A DNA stretch of 56,658 nucleotides from the IMG/VR virus record IMGVR_UViG_3300032820_000002. One strand, given 5' to 3'. Position numbers and translations under genes: made by a program. Within the stretch, counting starts at the first letter, position 1; every line of letters starts with the position of its first letter. The notes below the pieces were generated by a model. That model saw only the letters and a list, made by a program, of their open reading frames with translations, was not told the DNA's origin and ran no database searches. This stretch comes from an uncultured virus (IMG/VR IMGVR_UViG_3300032820_000002). Taxonomy: Duplodnaviria; Heunggongvirae; Uroviricota; Caudoviricetes. Of the stretch, positions 1 to 8,692 are shown piece after piece.

Positions 1-2
1 AT

Positions 3-158
3 GAAATAGTTCCTGAGACAGGAAACGTACTTATATTTCCTTCATTTTTACATCATGGTGTACCTCCTAATCCTACAAAACAGGATCGATATAGTTTAGC
101 ATTTAATACTTATATTAGAGGAGAAATAGGTCACGGACCTTCTTTATTAACATTATAG
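3..158 (+). CDS. C-terminal part of a 2OG-Fe(II) oxygenase (TIGR02466-like), truncated by the window edge
   Basis: Frame 3 reads EIVPETGNVLIFPSFLHHGVPPNPTKQDRYSLAFN...; IFPSxLxHxV...RxSxAFN is the typical distal His/Arg motif. Confidence 0.75.
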   Translation, partial: EIVPETGNVLIFPSFLHHGVPPNPTKQDRYSLAFNTYIRGEIGHGPSLLTL

Positions 159-167
159 GACTATAAT

Positions 168-776
168 ATGATTATTGGTATCTGTGGTTTAATCGGATCT
201 GGTAAAAACACTGTTGCTGATATTTTAATTCAAGAACATAATTTTCAAAAATTAAGTTTTGCAGACAGACTCAAAGATGCTGTAGCAGCTACATTTGGCT
301 GGGACCGAATGATGCTTGAAGGTACAACCGATGTTAGTCGAACTTGGCGCGAAAAACCTGATGAATTTTGGTCAAACGAAACTAATAGAACTATTACTCC
401 ACGATTAGTATTACAAGAATTTGGTACAGATTGTTTACGTGTTGGATTTTTTGATGGAATTTGGGTTAGTTTAGTTAAACAAACAATAATAGAAAATCCA
501 CATAATAATTATGTTATTACTGATGTGCGTTTCCAAAACGAAGTTAAAATGATGAAAAATATAGGTGGATTTGTATGGGAAATTAAAAGAGGACCTGATC
601 CCAAATGGCGAATAGAATATGAAAATAATAACATAGAACCTTCAGTACATGCTAGTGAATGGCACTGGATTAAAGGTCCTAAAGATGTATATATTGAAAA
701 TTCTGGAACAATAAGCGATCTTAAAAATCAGGTAAAAGATCTCCTTGCTTCCACTGAACACCATCCTTCTGCATAA
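168..776 (+). CDS. Deoxynucleoside monophosphate kinase (T4 gp1-like)
   Basis: GLIGSGKNT P-loop, SFADRLK, TPRLVLQEFGTD, VITDVRFQNE, HASE. Confidence 0.9.
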   Translation: MIIGICGLIGSGKNTVADILIQEHNFQKLSFADRLKDAVAATFGWDRMMLEGTTDVSRTWREKPDEFWSNETNRTITPRLVLQEFGTDCLRVGFFDGIWVSLVKQTIIENPHNNYVITDVRFQNEVKMMKNIGGFVWEIKRGPDPKWRIEYENNNIEPSVHASEWHWIKGPKDVYIENSGTISDLKNQVKDLLASTEHHPSA

Positions 777-1059
777 TACGTTGACAATTTGCACATATTG
801 TTTTTAAATTACTAAATTTACAATTAGCTAAACTTCCATCTATATGGAATACATTAAACTGTTCTTGATAACTACTTTTAAAATTACATTTTTCACAGTA
901 GTCTTTTTTATTATAACCTGACTGTTTCCATTTAGGAAAACCATAACCTGTACTTCCGTAACGAGTACAAGTCTCGCATTTCTTACGGAAATATGTTTTT
1001 CCATTCTTTTTATAATTTATAGCAGCAGGTTTTAACCCACAAATACATAAAGGTCTCAT
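721..1059 (-). CDS. Cys-rich HNH-like zinc-binding protein
   Basis: CxC, three CxxC pairs, FHIDG..N...NLKTICANC HNH-like motif; TAAATA 5 nt upstream. Confidence 0.7.
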   Translation of the reverse strand: MRPLCICGLKPAAINYKKNGKTYFRKKCETCTRYGSTGYGFPKWKQSGYNKKDYCEKCNFKSSYQEQFNVFHIDGSLANCKFSNLKTICANCQRIMQKDGVQWKQGDLLPDF

Positions 1060-1064
1060 ATAGA

Positions 1065-1135
1065 TATTTACCTACCCTTTATGGCCCCTTTTTACTAGAG
1101 TTTAATAACCTTTTTTATTCCGATAATGGTAAATA
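1065..1135. promoter_or_regulatory. Divergent pair of T4-like late promoters (TAAATA - strand 1065-1070; + strand 1130-1135)
   Basis: GGTAAATA on each strand upstream of the HNH-like gene and the sheath gene. Confidence 0.6.
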
Positions 1136-1182
1136 CAAGTAGATGATTTATCCCGAGAATTATACATTAGGAGAAAAATAAA

Positions 1183-4100
1183 ATGGCATTAGTATCACCA
1201 GGCGTACAGGTTAGCGTTATAGACGAAAGTTTCTATACTCCAGCTGAACCAGGTACAACCCCAATGATTTTCGTTGTAAGTGCTACAGGCAAGAAAAATG
1301 CTGCAGGTGATGGAACAGCACAAGGAACGACAAAAGCAAATGCAGGTAAACCATTTTTGCTTACATCTCAAAGAGATTTAGCTGATACGTTTGGTGATCC
1401 TGTATTTAAAACAGACAGTAATAATAATCCAGTACATGCTGGAGAATTAAACGAATACGGTTTACAAGCTGCATATTCATACTTAGGTATTAGTAATAGA
1501 GCTTGGGTAACCAGAGCAGATTTAGATTTAGACGAGCTTATAGGAACAGCAACAGCTCCAGCAGATAATCCAGCCGCAGGCGCATATTGGTTTGATACCT
1601 CAACTACAAAATTTGGTATTCAAGAATGGAATAGCGCAGCTATTACTGAAACTGGAGGACAAAGTTTTACAAATAAAATACCATTAGCAATTACAAGTAT
1701 TTCAGACGTTACTGGAACAGTAGAAAATCCAGGTGCGCCTAAAGCATCTGTAGGATCAATAGGCGAATATGCAATAGTTGCTATTACGACTCTTAACACA
1801 ATGTGGTATAAATCCCCAGGTAATGCACCTAGCGTAACAGCTGGTGCTTGGGTTGAAGTAGGAAGCGAAGCTTGGATTAAAAGTTGGCCAACTGCTAAAG
1901 GAACTAAAGCTAATCCTACATTTGTAGGAACTACAGCTATTACTTTAAATAGTGTTTCTGTAAGTATTACTTCGTCAGATGGTATTGCAGATGTTGCAAC
2001 TACTATTAACGGACTAGCAATTCCAGGAGTATCTGCTTATGTTGTAGATAGCAGACTAGAACTTTATAGTGATGGTTCATCTTCAGGCGCAGGCGACTCT
2101 ACATTAGGTGGTCCTATTGTAGTTGCTGGTGATGCCGCAACATTACTTTTAATTGGAATGGCTGCTGACACGTATTTGCCACCAGTACTACAAATTAGTA
2201 AACACACACAAGTACCAGAATTTAAAAGTACTGATACAAACGAACGTCCTACAGGGAGTCTTTGGATTAAAACAACAGATCCTAATTTAGGCGCAAAATG
2301 GAAAGTAAAAACATTTAATTCAGGAACATTGTTATTTGATACAATTTCTGCACCATTATATGCAACCAATGAAGAAGCATTATTTAACTTAGATCGAACT
2401 GGGGGTGGCGCAAATCTTGCAGCAGGTGATTTATATGTACAAACTAACGTTGCAGGAGATTCACAGCAATTAGGAACATTTAAAATATTCCGTCGAAATG
2501 CTGTAGGACCAACAACTGTTACAAGTGGCAAAATTATTGCAGGTTCACTTACAGTTGGCGCAGGACGTATTTTCCGTGTTCAAACAACAGATGCAGCTAC
2601 AGCAGCATTTGGCACAGCAGTTTCTGTTTCAGTTACAACTGACGGTACTACTGCTGACGCTGATACAATTGCAGGCGCTATTAACTCTGCAAGCATTGAA
2701 AACGTTACAGCATCAGTTGATACGCAAAATAGAGTAACAATTAGCCATTCACAAAGTGGTGAAATACGTTTTTATGATGACGTAAGTGTATTAACAGAAA
2801 TGGGTTTTGGTGCTTATGCAAGCTCAACTAGCGGAACTCCAAATCTATTTTATGCACCAGGAACAGACGGATCAACTACTCCACTTGCTTTACAAGCATC
2901 TAATTGGCATGTTCTAAGTTATACTGCTAGTGATGATGAAATTACATCACTAACAGCTCAAGATGCATTATGGTATAACTCAGTAGTAGACGAAGTAGAT
3001 ATTATGATACATAATGGTACTACTTGGGTAGGATATTTAGATTCAACAAGTCCATATTTTAACGCATCAGCTGCTGAGAAAACAGATCCAGCAGGACCAA
3101 TCGTAAGTGCATCAACACCAGTACTACAGAGTGACGGAACTGATCTTAAAAATGGTGACGTTTGGATTAGTACTGCTGATGTAGAAAATTATCCACAAAT
3201 TTATCGCTTTGATGCAAATCTACTAAACACACCTATTGCTAATAGATGGCAACTACTAGATAAGTCAGATCAAACTACTGAAAATGGAGTTTTATTTGCA
3301 GATGCTCGCTGGAGTTCAGCAGGCGCAGATTCAACACCAGAAGACATTGATGTATTACTAGATAGTAACTATTTAGATCCAGATGCACCAGACGGAGCAT
3401 TATATCCAAAAGGTATGCTATTATGGAATTTACGTAGAAGCGGTTTTAATGTTAAAAAATTCGAACGTGATTATATTAATGTTAATGACGAAAATATACG
3501 TTTTGGTGATGAAGAGATGGAACTTTATTATCCACATCGTTGGGTTACAGAATCTGGTAACCAAATAGATGGCGCAGGCAGTTTTGGACGGCATGCACAA
3601 CGTAAAGTTGTTGTACAAGCACTTCAAGCACTTGTTAATTCAAATGAAGACATTCGAGACGACGAAGCAAGACTATTTAATTTAGTAGCTGCACCAGGAT
3701 ATTCAGAACTAATTGGTGAACTAATTAGCTTAAATCATGATAGAGGATTGAGTGCATTTATTGTAGGAGATTCTCCAGCAAGACTTAAATCTAATGCAAC
3801 TGCATTAAATGATTGGGCTACTAATGTTAACATAGCAGTAGAAGACAACGATGAAGGACTTGTTAGTACTGACGAATATATGGGCATGTTTTACCCATGG
3901 GGCTTTACAAGTGATAACTTTGGTAACAATGTTGTTGTACCACCAAGTCATATGATGATGCGTACAATTGCGTTAAGTGACCAAGTTAGTTTTCCATGGT
4001 TTGCACCAGCAGGTATACGACGCGGTGGAATAACAAATGCAAGTTCAACAGGTTATATTGATGCTGAAGGCGAATTTGTATCAGTAGCACTTAATGAAGG

Positions 4101-4527
4101 ACAAAGAGATACATTATATGCACAAAATGTAAATCCAATAACTTTTATTACAGGTGCAGGACTTGTTGCTTATGGTCAAAAAACCCGTGCAAAGGGTGCA
4201 AGCGCACTAGATAGAATTAATGTTTCTAGGCTTGTAATTTACTTACGTAGTCAACTAAATCAACTTGCTAAACCTTATATCTTTGAACCTAATGATAAAA
4301 TTACACGTGATGAGATTAAAGGAGCAACAGAAAGTTTGATGCTTGAATTAGTTGGACAAAGAGCACTTTACGACTTCTTAGTTGTGTGTGATGAATCAAA
4401 CAACACACCTGCAAGAATTGATCGTAACGAATTATATTTAGATATTGCTATAGAACCAGTTAAGGCTGTTGAATTTATTTACATTCCACTAAGGTTGAAA
4501 AATACTGGTGAAATTGCAGGACTTTAA
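1183..4527 (+). CDS. Contractile tail sheath protein (gp18-like) with large inserted domains
   Basis: MALVSPGV start, FGDP, PPS..., WFAPAG..RG, RDTLY..NVNPI, GQKT, SALDRINVSRL, FEPND, CDESNNTP..ID.N, P.KAVEFI. Confidence 0.95.
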   Translation: MALVSPGVQVSVIDESFYTPAEPGTTPMIFVVSATGKKNAAGDGTAQGTTKANAGKPFLLTSQRDLADTFGDPVFKTDSNNNPVHAGELNEYGLQAAYSYLGISNRAWVTRADLDLDELIGTATAPADNPAAGAYWFDTSTTKFGIQEWNSAAITETGGQSFTNKIPLAITSISDVTGTVENPGAPKASVGSIGEYAIVAITTLNTMWYKSPGNAPSVTAGAWVEVGSEAWIKSWPTAKGTKANPTFVGTTAITLNSVSVSITSSDGIADVATTINGLAIPGVSAYVVDSRLELYSDGSSSGAGDSTLGGPIVVAGDAATLLLIGMAADTYLPPVLQISKHTQVPEFKSTDTNERPTGSLWIKTTDPNLGAKWKVKTFNSGTLLFDTISAPLYATNEEALFNLDRTGGGANLAAGDLYVQTNVAGDSQQLGTFKIFRRNAVGPTTVTSGKIIAGSLTVGAGRIFRVQTTDAATAAFGTAVSVSVTTDGTTADADTIAGAINSASIENVTASVDTQNRVTISHSQSGEIRFYDDVSVLTEMGFGAYASSTSGTPNLFYAPGTDGSTTPLALQASNWHVLSYTASDDEITSLTAQDALWYNSVVDEVDIMIHNGTTWVGYLDSTSPYFNASAAEKTDPAGPIVSASTPVLQSDGTDLKNGDVWISTADVENYPQIYRFDANLLNTPIANRWQLLDKSDQTTENGVLFADARWSSAGADSTPEDIDVLLDSNYLDPDAPDGALYPKGMLLWNLRRSGFNVKKFERDYINVNDENIRFGDEEMELYYPHRWVTESGNQIDGAGSFGRHAQRKVVVQALQALVNSNEDIRDDEARLFNLVAAPGYSELIGELISLNHDRGLSAFIVGDSPARLKSNATALNDWATNVNIAVEDNDEGLVSTDEYMGMFYPWGFTSDNFGNNVVVPPSHMMMRTIALSDQVSFPWFAPAGIRRGGITNASSTGYIDAEGEFVSVALNEGQRDTLYAQNVNPITFITGAGLVAYGQKTRAKGASALDRINVSRLVIYLRSQLNQLAKPYIFEPNDKITRDEIKGATESLMLELVGQRALYDFLVVCDESNNTPARIDRNELYLDIAIEPVKAVEFIYIPLRLKNTGEIAGL

Positions 4528-4561
4528 AATGATAAATACAATTATACTAGGAGCAAACTAA

Positions 4562-5188
4562 ATGTCAATTTCAACATTATCGAAAATTACAGTTCCATTA
4601 GCTAGCGGAGATTCTGCAAGTAACCAAGGACTGTTAATGCCCAAGTTGCAGTATCGCTTTAGGCTATCGTTAGAAAACTTTGGCGTAAGTACACCTACTA
4701 CTGAATTAACAAAACAAGTAGTTGATGTTACAAGGCCTACAGTTGCTTTCGAACCTATTGAGATTCCAGTTTATAACTCTAAGGCATACTTAGCAGGCAA
4801 ACATACTTGGAGTCCTATTACTATTAATTTACGTGAAGATGTTAATAATAACGTACAAAAAATAGTAGGTGAGCAGATCCAAAAACAATTTGACTTTTTT
4901 GAACAGTCAAGTGCAGCATCAGGACAAGATTACAAATTTACAACTAGAATTGAAATTTTAGATGGCGGTAACGGAGCAAATGCACCTACCACATTAGAAA
5001 CATTTGAGTTGTATGGTTGTTTTATTACAAATGCTAACTATAACGAATTGGCATATGCTAACAACGAACCTGTAAGAGTTACAATAGAAGTTCAATATGA
5101 TAACGCTATCCAAACACCACAAGGTAGTGGTATTGGTACAGCAGTAGGACGTACACTTAATACGTTAATAACTGGCGGCGGAACATAA
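4562..5188 (+). CDS. Tail tube protein (gp19-like)
   Basis: Follows sheath; PKLQYRFR, RP, YLAGKHTW.PI, ELYGCF, YDNA. Confidence 0.85.
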   Translation: MSISTLSKITVPLASGDSASNQGLLMPKLQYRFRLSLENFGVSTPTTELTKQVVDVTRPTVAFEPIEIPVYNSKAYLAGKHTWSPITINLREDVNNNVQKIVGEQIQKQFDFFEQSSAASGQDYKFTTRIEILDGGNGANAPTTLETFELYGCFITNANYNELAYANNEPVRVTIEVQYDNAIQTPQGSGIGTAVGRTLNTLITGGGT

Positions 5189-5206
5189 GACTTACTAACA
5201 ACTTTT

Positions 5207-5232
5207 ATAAAGGGGGCTTAGGCCCCCTTTAT
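5207..5232 (+). terminator. Intrinsic terminator hairpin
   Basis: ATAAAGGGGGC-TTAG-GCCCCCTTTAT after the tube gene. Confidence 0.8.
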
Positions 5233-5271
5233 TATTATATACGCATTTAATAGCTATAGATAAATATTATT

Positions 5272-6555
5272 ATGGCAACGTTCACAGGTTTTTTAAATAA
5301 TTTAGCAAATGGAGCACTAAGTCCTAAAGGCAATTTAGGAGACTATGCACATGCTAGTAGACTATTTGTAAATGAAAATCAACGTCTAGCACCTAAACAA
5401 AAATACCTATATCATTGTTTTTTTGAATTAGATAGAGTTGCTGCAAGTGTATTACCCGATTTACAATCAAAGCATAATTTAGAAATAGGATTGCTTGTTA
5501 AAAGTGCCCAATTACCTCAATATACTGCTGATGTAGAAGTAAAAAACAAATATAATAGAAAAAAAAATGTACAAACATCTATTCAATATCAACCTGTTGA
5601 AATAACGTTTCATGATGATAATTTTGGTGTAACTACTGCATTATTAGAAGCATATTATAGATATTATTTTGCAGATGGTAATTATAAAGGTCAGCCAGGA
5701 GCTTATAATAAAGCAGGTACAGGTGACAATACATATAGAGGCCCTGGTTTAAATTCTTTTAAGTACGGCTTAGATAATGATATTGGCACGCCATTCTTTA
5801 AAAGTATACAAATTTCTCAGATGGCGAGAAAATCTTATACAACATATACACTAGTAAATCCTATTATTACAAATTGGTCACATGACCAAGTAGATAGTGC
5901 TGATGGTACTGGTACTATGCAAAATTCAATAACTGTAGCGTACGAAGCTGTATTTTATAGCAGAGGGAATGTTTCAGCAGGAGTAAATGGTGATCCTACA
6001 GGATTTGGTGCACCTGATCATTATGATGTAACACCAAGCGGTTTAAACACAGGTGGATTAGGAGGAATATTAGGTACTGCATCGGATCTTTTCGGATTTA
6101 TTACAAACGGAACTGGATTTAATAATCCTTTACAAGCAGGGCTTGCTGCCGCTGGATTAATTCAAAATGTACGAAATTTATCTAAAGACGGTTTGCGCCA
6201 AGAAGGATTTAATTTATTAAAAGGTGCAATAGGTGCTGCTGGAGGAGTAGATGTAAGTGGTGTTTCAAATACATTTTTCCCAAAAAATGCAGGAACTGGG
6301 GGTGCAGGAAAAGATTTACTCTTAGGAACTGCTGCGGTAGTAGGTATTAGTGCATTATCTTCGCGGCTTAGTAATGCCCAACTCAAAACTAATCCAGCTG
6401 CTTTATCTTCAGCAAAAAAACAACAATTCCAAAAGAATTTTCAAGCAGCAGGAAATGCAGGAGGAGTCAATGAAGCTGTTGACGCTTTTGAATCTTTAGG
6501 AACTAATGATAGTGCAGCACTAGAATCTCAAGTATTAGGAGGCACTTTTACATAA
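5272..6555 (+). CDS. Tube-fold baseplate/tube initiator protein (gp48/gp54-like) with Gly-rich tail
   Basis: VKSAQLP, YQPVEITFHDD, LVNPIIT, ITVAYE tube-like pattern; position in tail block. Confidence 0.6.
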   Translation: MATFTGFLNNLANGALSPKGNLGDYAHASRLFVNENQRLAPKQKYLYHCFFELDRVAASVLPDLQSKHNLEIGLLVKSAQLPQYTADVEVKNKYNRKKNVQTSIQYQPVEITFHDDNFGVTTALLEAYYRYYFADGNYKGQPGAYNKAGTGDNTYRGPGLNSFKYGLDNDIGTPFFKSIQISQMARKSYTTYTLVNPIITNWSHDQVDSADGTGTMQNSITVAYEAVFYSRGNVSAGVNGDPTGFGAPDHYDVTPSGLNTGGLGGILGTASDLFGFITNGTGFNNPLQAGLAAAGLIQNVRNLSKDGLRQEGFNLLKGAIGAAGGVDVSGVSNTFFPKNAGTGGAGKDLLLGTAAVVGISALSSRLSNAQLKTNPAALSSAKKQQFQKNFQAAGNAGGVNEAVDAFESLGTNDSAALESQVLGGTFT

Positions 6556-6923
6556 TGTCAAGTTTACCTTCAAAAAATGTTAAAAAAGGAAGTGATAAAG
6601 AAGTTACACAATTCTTTGACAAATATTATACAGCATCTATTAGTTTTCCTACTAATGAAGTAGACGCTGTTATTGGTTTTTTTGAAAAGCATGGCTTTAA
6701 TCAAGACGCAGCAATATCTACGGCTACTGCTATATTAACCCAAGCAAAATTAGATGGTGTTAAGGTATTTGAAATTCTAGATACTTTAAAGGGATTGAAA
6801 GAAGTACAAATAAGTAATGTTGTTGCAGAAATATTAAATTATGAGAGAAATAGAACTAGTTCTATAGGGTATACTAATTTACACAATGTAGATAAAATTG
6901 AACGCAGAAATGTTGTGGTATAA
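6555..6923 (+). CDS. Hypothetical protein
   Basis: 122-aa ORF coupled by TAATG overlap. Confidence 0.75.
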   Translation: MSSLPSKNVKKGSDKEVTQFFDKYYTASISFPTNEVDAVIGFFEKHGFNQDAAISTATAILTQAKLDGVKVFEILDTLKGLKEVQISNVVAEILNYERNRTSSIGYTNLHNVDKIERRNVVV

Positions 6924-6926
6924 ACT

Positions 6927-7367
6927 ATGGCCAGGTTTGCTCAAGGGAAATATTCATTAAAATTTCCAGCAAAGTATATAGGAACTAAAACCCCCACATA
7001 TAGATCAAGTTGGGAATTTGCATTTATGCGATTCTGCGACGAGCACCCAAATGTTGAAACATGGGCTAGTGAAGCTGTAAAAATACCTTATAGAAATCCT
7101 CTAACAGGAAAATACACAATTTATGTACCTGATTTTTTTGTTACATATGCAGATAAAAGTGGTAAACAAAAAGTTGAACTTATAGAAGTTAAACCTGCAA
7201 ATCAATCTGTTAAAGAAAAACTAGGACGAAGTCGTTCTAATAAAGCACATTATATACTTAATCAAGCAAAATGGACAGCAGCTAGAGCATGGTGCAAGCA
7301 AAAAGGAATATTTTTTAGAGTTGTAAACGAAGGAGATATTTTCCATCAAGGGTCTAGACTAGGATAA
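6927..7367 (+). CDS. Head completion nuclease (T4 gp4-like, TnsA-type PD-(D/E)XK fold)
   Basis: KY.G...YRSSWE, WASE..IPY, YVPDF, IEVKP, N.AKW.AA. Confidence 0.85.
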   Translation: MARFAQGKYSLKFPAKYIGTKTPTYRSSWEFAFMRFCDEHPNVETWASEAVKIPYRNPLTGKYTIYVPDFFVTYADKSGKQKVELIEVKPANQSVKEKLGRSRSNKAHYILNQAKWTAARAWCKQKGIFFRVVNEGDIFHQGSRLG

Positions 7368-7400
7368 GTATTATTAACGCATTAAATAGGAGATAAAACA

Positions 7401-7607
7401 ATGTGGAGGAAAATCAAATTGTGGTTTACTCCGGAATATAAACTCATTGTACAACATATGGGCAAAGAGAAAATTCTACACGTAAAAAAATTTAAATCTA
7501 AAAATCCTAAAAAAATTAGTGGTGTTACATTAGATAATAAAGAATTTGAATTAAAAAGTGTAGAGCCTATGGAATGGCAACTAGAAGAATTAAAATATAA
7601 TGACTAA
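7401..7607 (+). CDS. Small hypothetical protein
   Basis: AGGAG RBS, 68 aa. Confidence 0.65.
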   Translation: MWRKIKLWFTPEYKLIVQHMGKEKILHVKKFKSKNPKKISGVTLDNKEFELKSVEPMEWQLEELKYND

Positions 7608-8097
7608 AAAACTTGAAGAACTCTTAAATTTACCAGATGCTAAAGAAATTATAGATGATGCTAAAAAAGAAGATAAAAAGCAAAAAAAAGAAGTAGCTCT
7701 TGTAGAACAATCAGAAACAATTCGTAATATAGCAGAACTTGATAAAATTACAAGTGCATTACCTGCGGTTAAAGGTTTAGGAGAAATGGCTGATACTGAA
7801 CTTAATGATGTTGCAGATAAAGCCATGTCTGCTTATGACGATTTAATGGATTTAGGTATGAACGTAGAAAGTCGTTATTCAGGTAGAGTTTTCGAAGTTG
7901 CAGGATCTATGCTTAAAACTGGGCTAGATGCTCGAGTTGCTAAATTAGATAAAAAACTAAAAATGGTTGAATTACAACTAAAAAAGGAAAAACTTGATCA
8001 TGAATCGATTGATAAAAATGATATTGTAGATGGTGAAGGCTATGTTGTAACAGATCGTAACAGTCTTTTAGAAAAACTTAAAATAATGGAAAAATGA
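7600..8097 (+). CDS. Helical/coiled-coil protein, possible small terminase subunit
   Basis: 165 aa, helical, in head block upstream of terL; function is a guess. Confidence 0.5.
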   Translation: MTKKLEELLNLPDAKEIIDDAKKEDKKQKKEVALVEQSETIRNIAELDKITSALPAVKGLGEMADTELNDVADKAMSAYDDLMDLGMNVESRYSGRVFEVAGSMLKTGLDARVAKLDKKLKMVELQLKKEKLDHESIDKNDIVDGEGYVVTDRNSLLEKLKIMEK

Positions 8098-8105
8098 TAT
8101 AAATA
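8098..8105 (+). promoter_or_regulatory. T4 late promoter consensus TATAAATA
   Basis: Exact match upstream of ORF 8134. Confidence 0.65.
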
Positions 8106-8133
8106 ACATATAATAAATTAGGATTATACCGTA

Positions 8134-8691
8134 ATGAAATCTTTTAAAGAATATTTAACAGAAGCTAAAAAAACGTATAAGTTTAAAGTTCGTGTTGCAG
8201 GTGACTTACCTGAAGGGTTTGCAGATACATTAGAAACAGTATTACAAAAATACGATGTTTTAAATATTACCGCAGGCAAAAAATCACCAATACAAGAAAC
8301 TCCTTTAGACTTCCCTCAATTACAAAACCTTGAAGTTACCCATTACGAAGTAGAATTAAATTATCCTGCAACTAGTCATGTATTAGAACGTTATCTAGTA
8401 GAAGCATGCAATATTAATCACAGTTATATTGTTGTGCGAGGAGAACATGATCCTATTGACGAACTACAAAAACCTGAAGATGAAAAACCCTATGAATCAT
8501 TATTAAACACAGAGGATATGGGCGGAGACGGCGCACAAAAAGATGTAGGCGGCGAGCGAATAATGGATTTGCTTAAAGAATTAGAAACTGCACGTAAAGA
8601 AAGGGAAGTTGATCCTATAGCCGGTGTTCATCAAGGTAATGGTAAAGACATTGAAAATGTTGAAAATGCAAAAAGCGTAATAGGAGCATAG
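8134..8691 (+). CDS. Putative internal head protein
   Basis: N-terminus MKSFKEYLTEA resembles the T4 capsid-targeting sequence; late promoter. Confidence 0.6.
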   Translation: MKSFKEYLTEAKKTYKFKVRVAGDLPEGFADTLETVLQKYDVLNITAGKKSPIQETPLDFPQLQNLEVTHYEVELNYPATSHVLERYLVEACNINHSYIVVRGEHDPIDELQKPEDEKPYESLLNTEDMGGDGAQKDVGGERIMDLLKELETARKEREVDPIAGVHQGNGKDIENVENAKSVIGA

Positions 8692-8692
8692 C

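Noticed and set aside
6927..7367. TnsA-like nuclease as a transposon
   Set aside because: Motifs and position match the gp4 head-completion protein; no other Tn7 genes or ends
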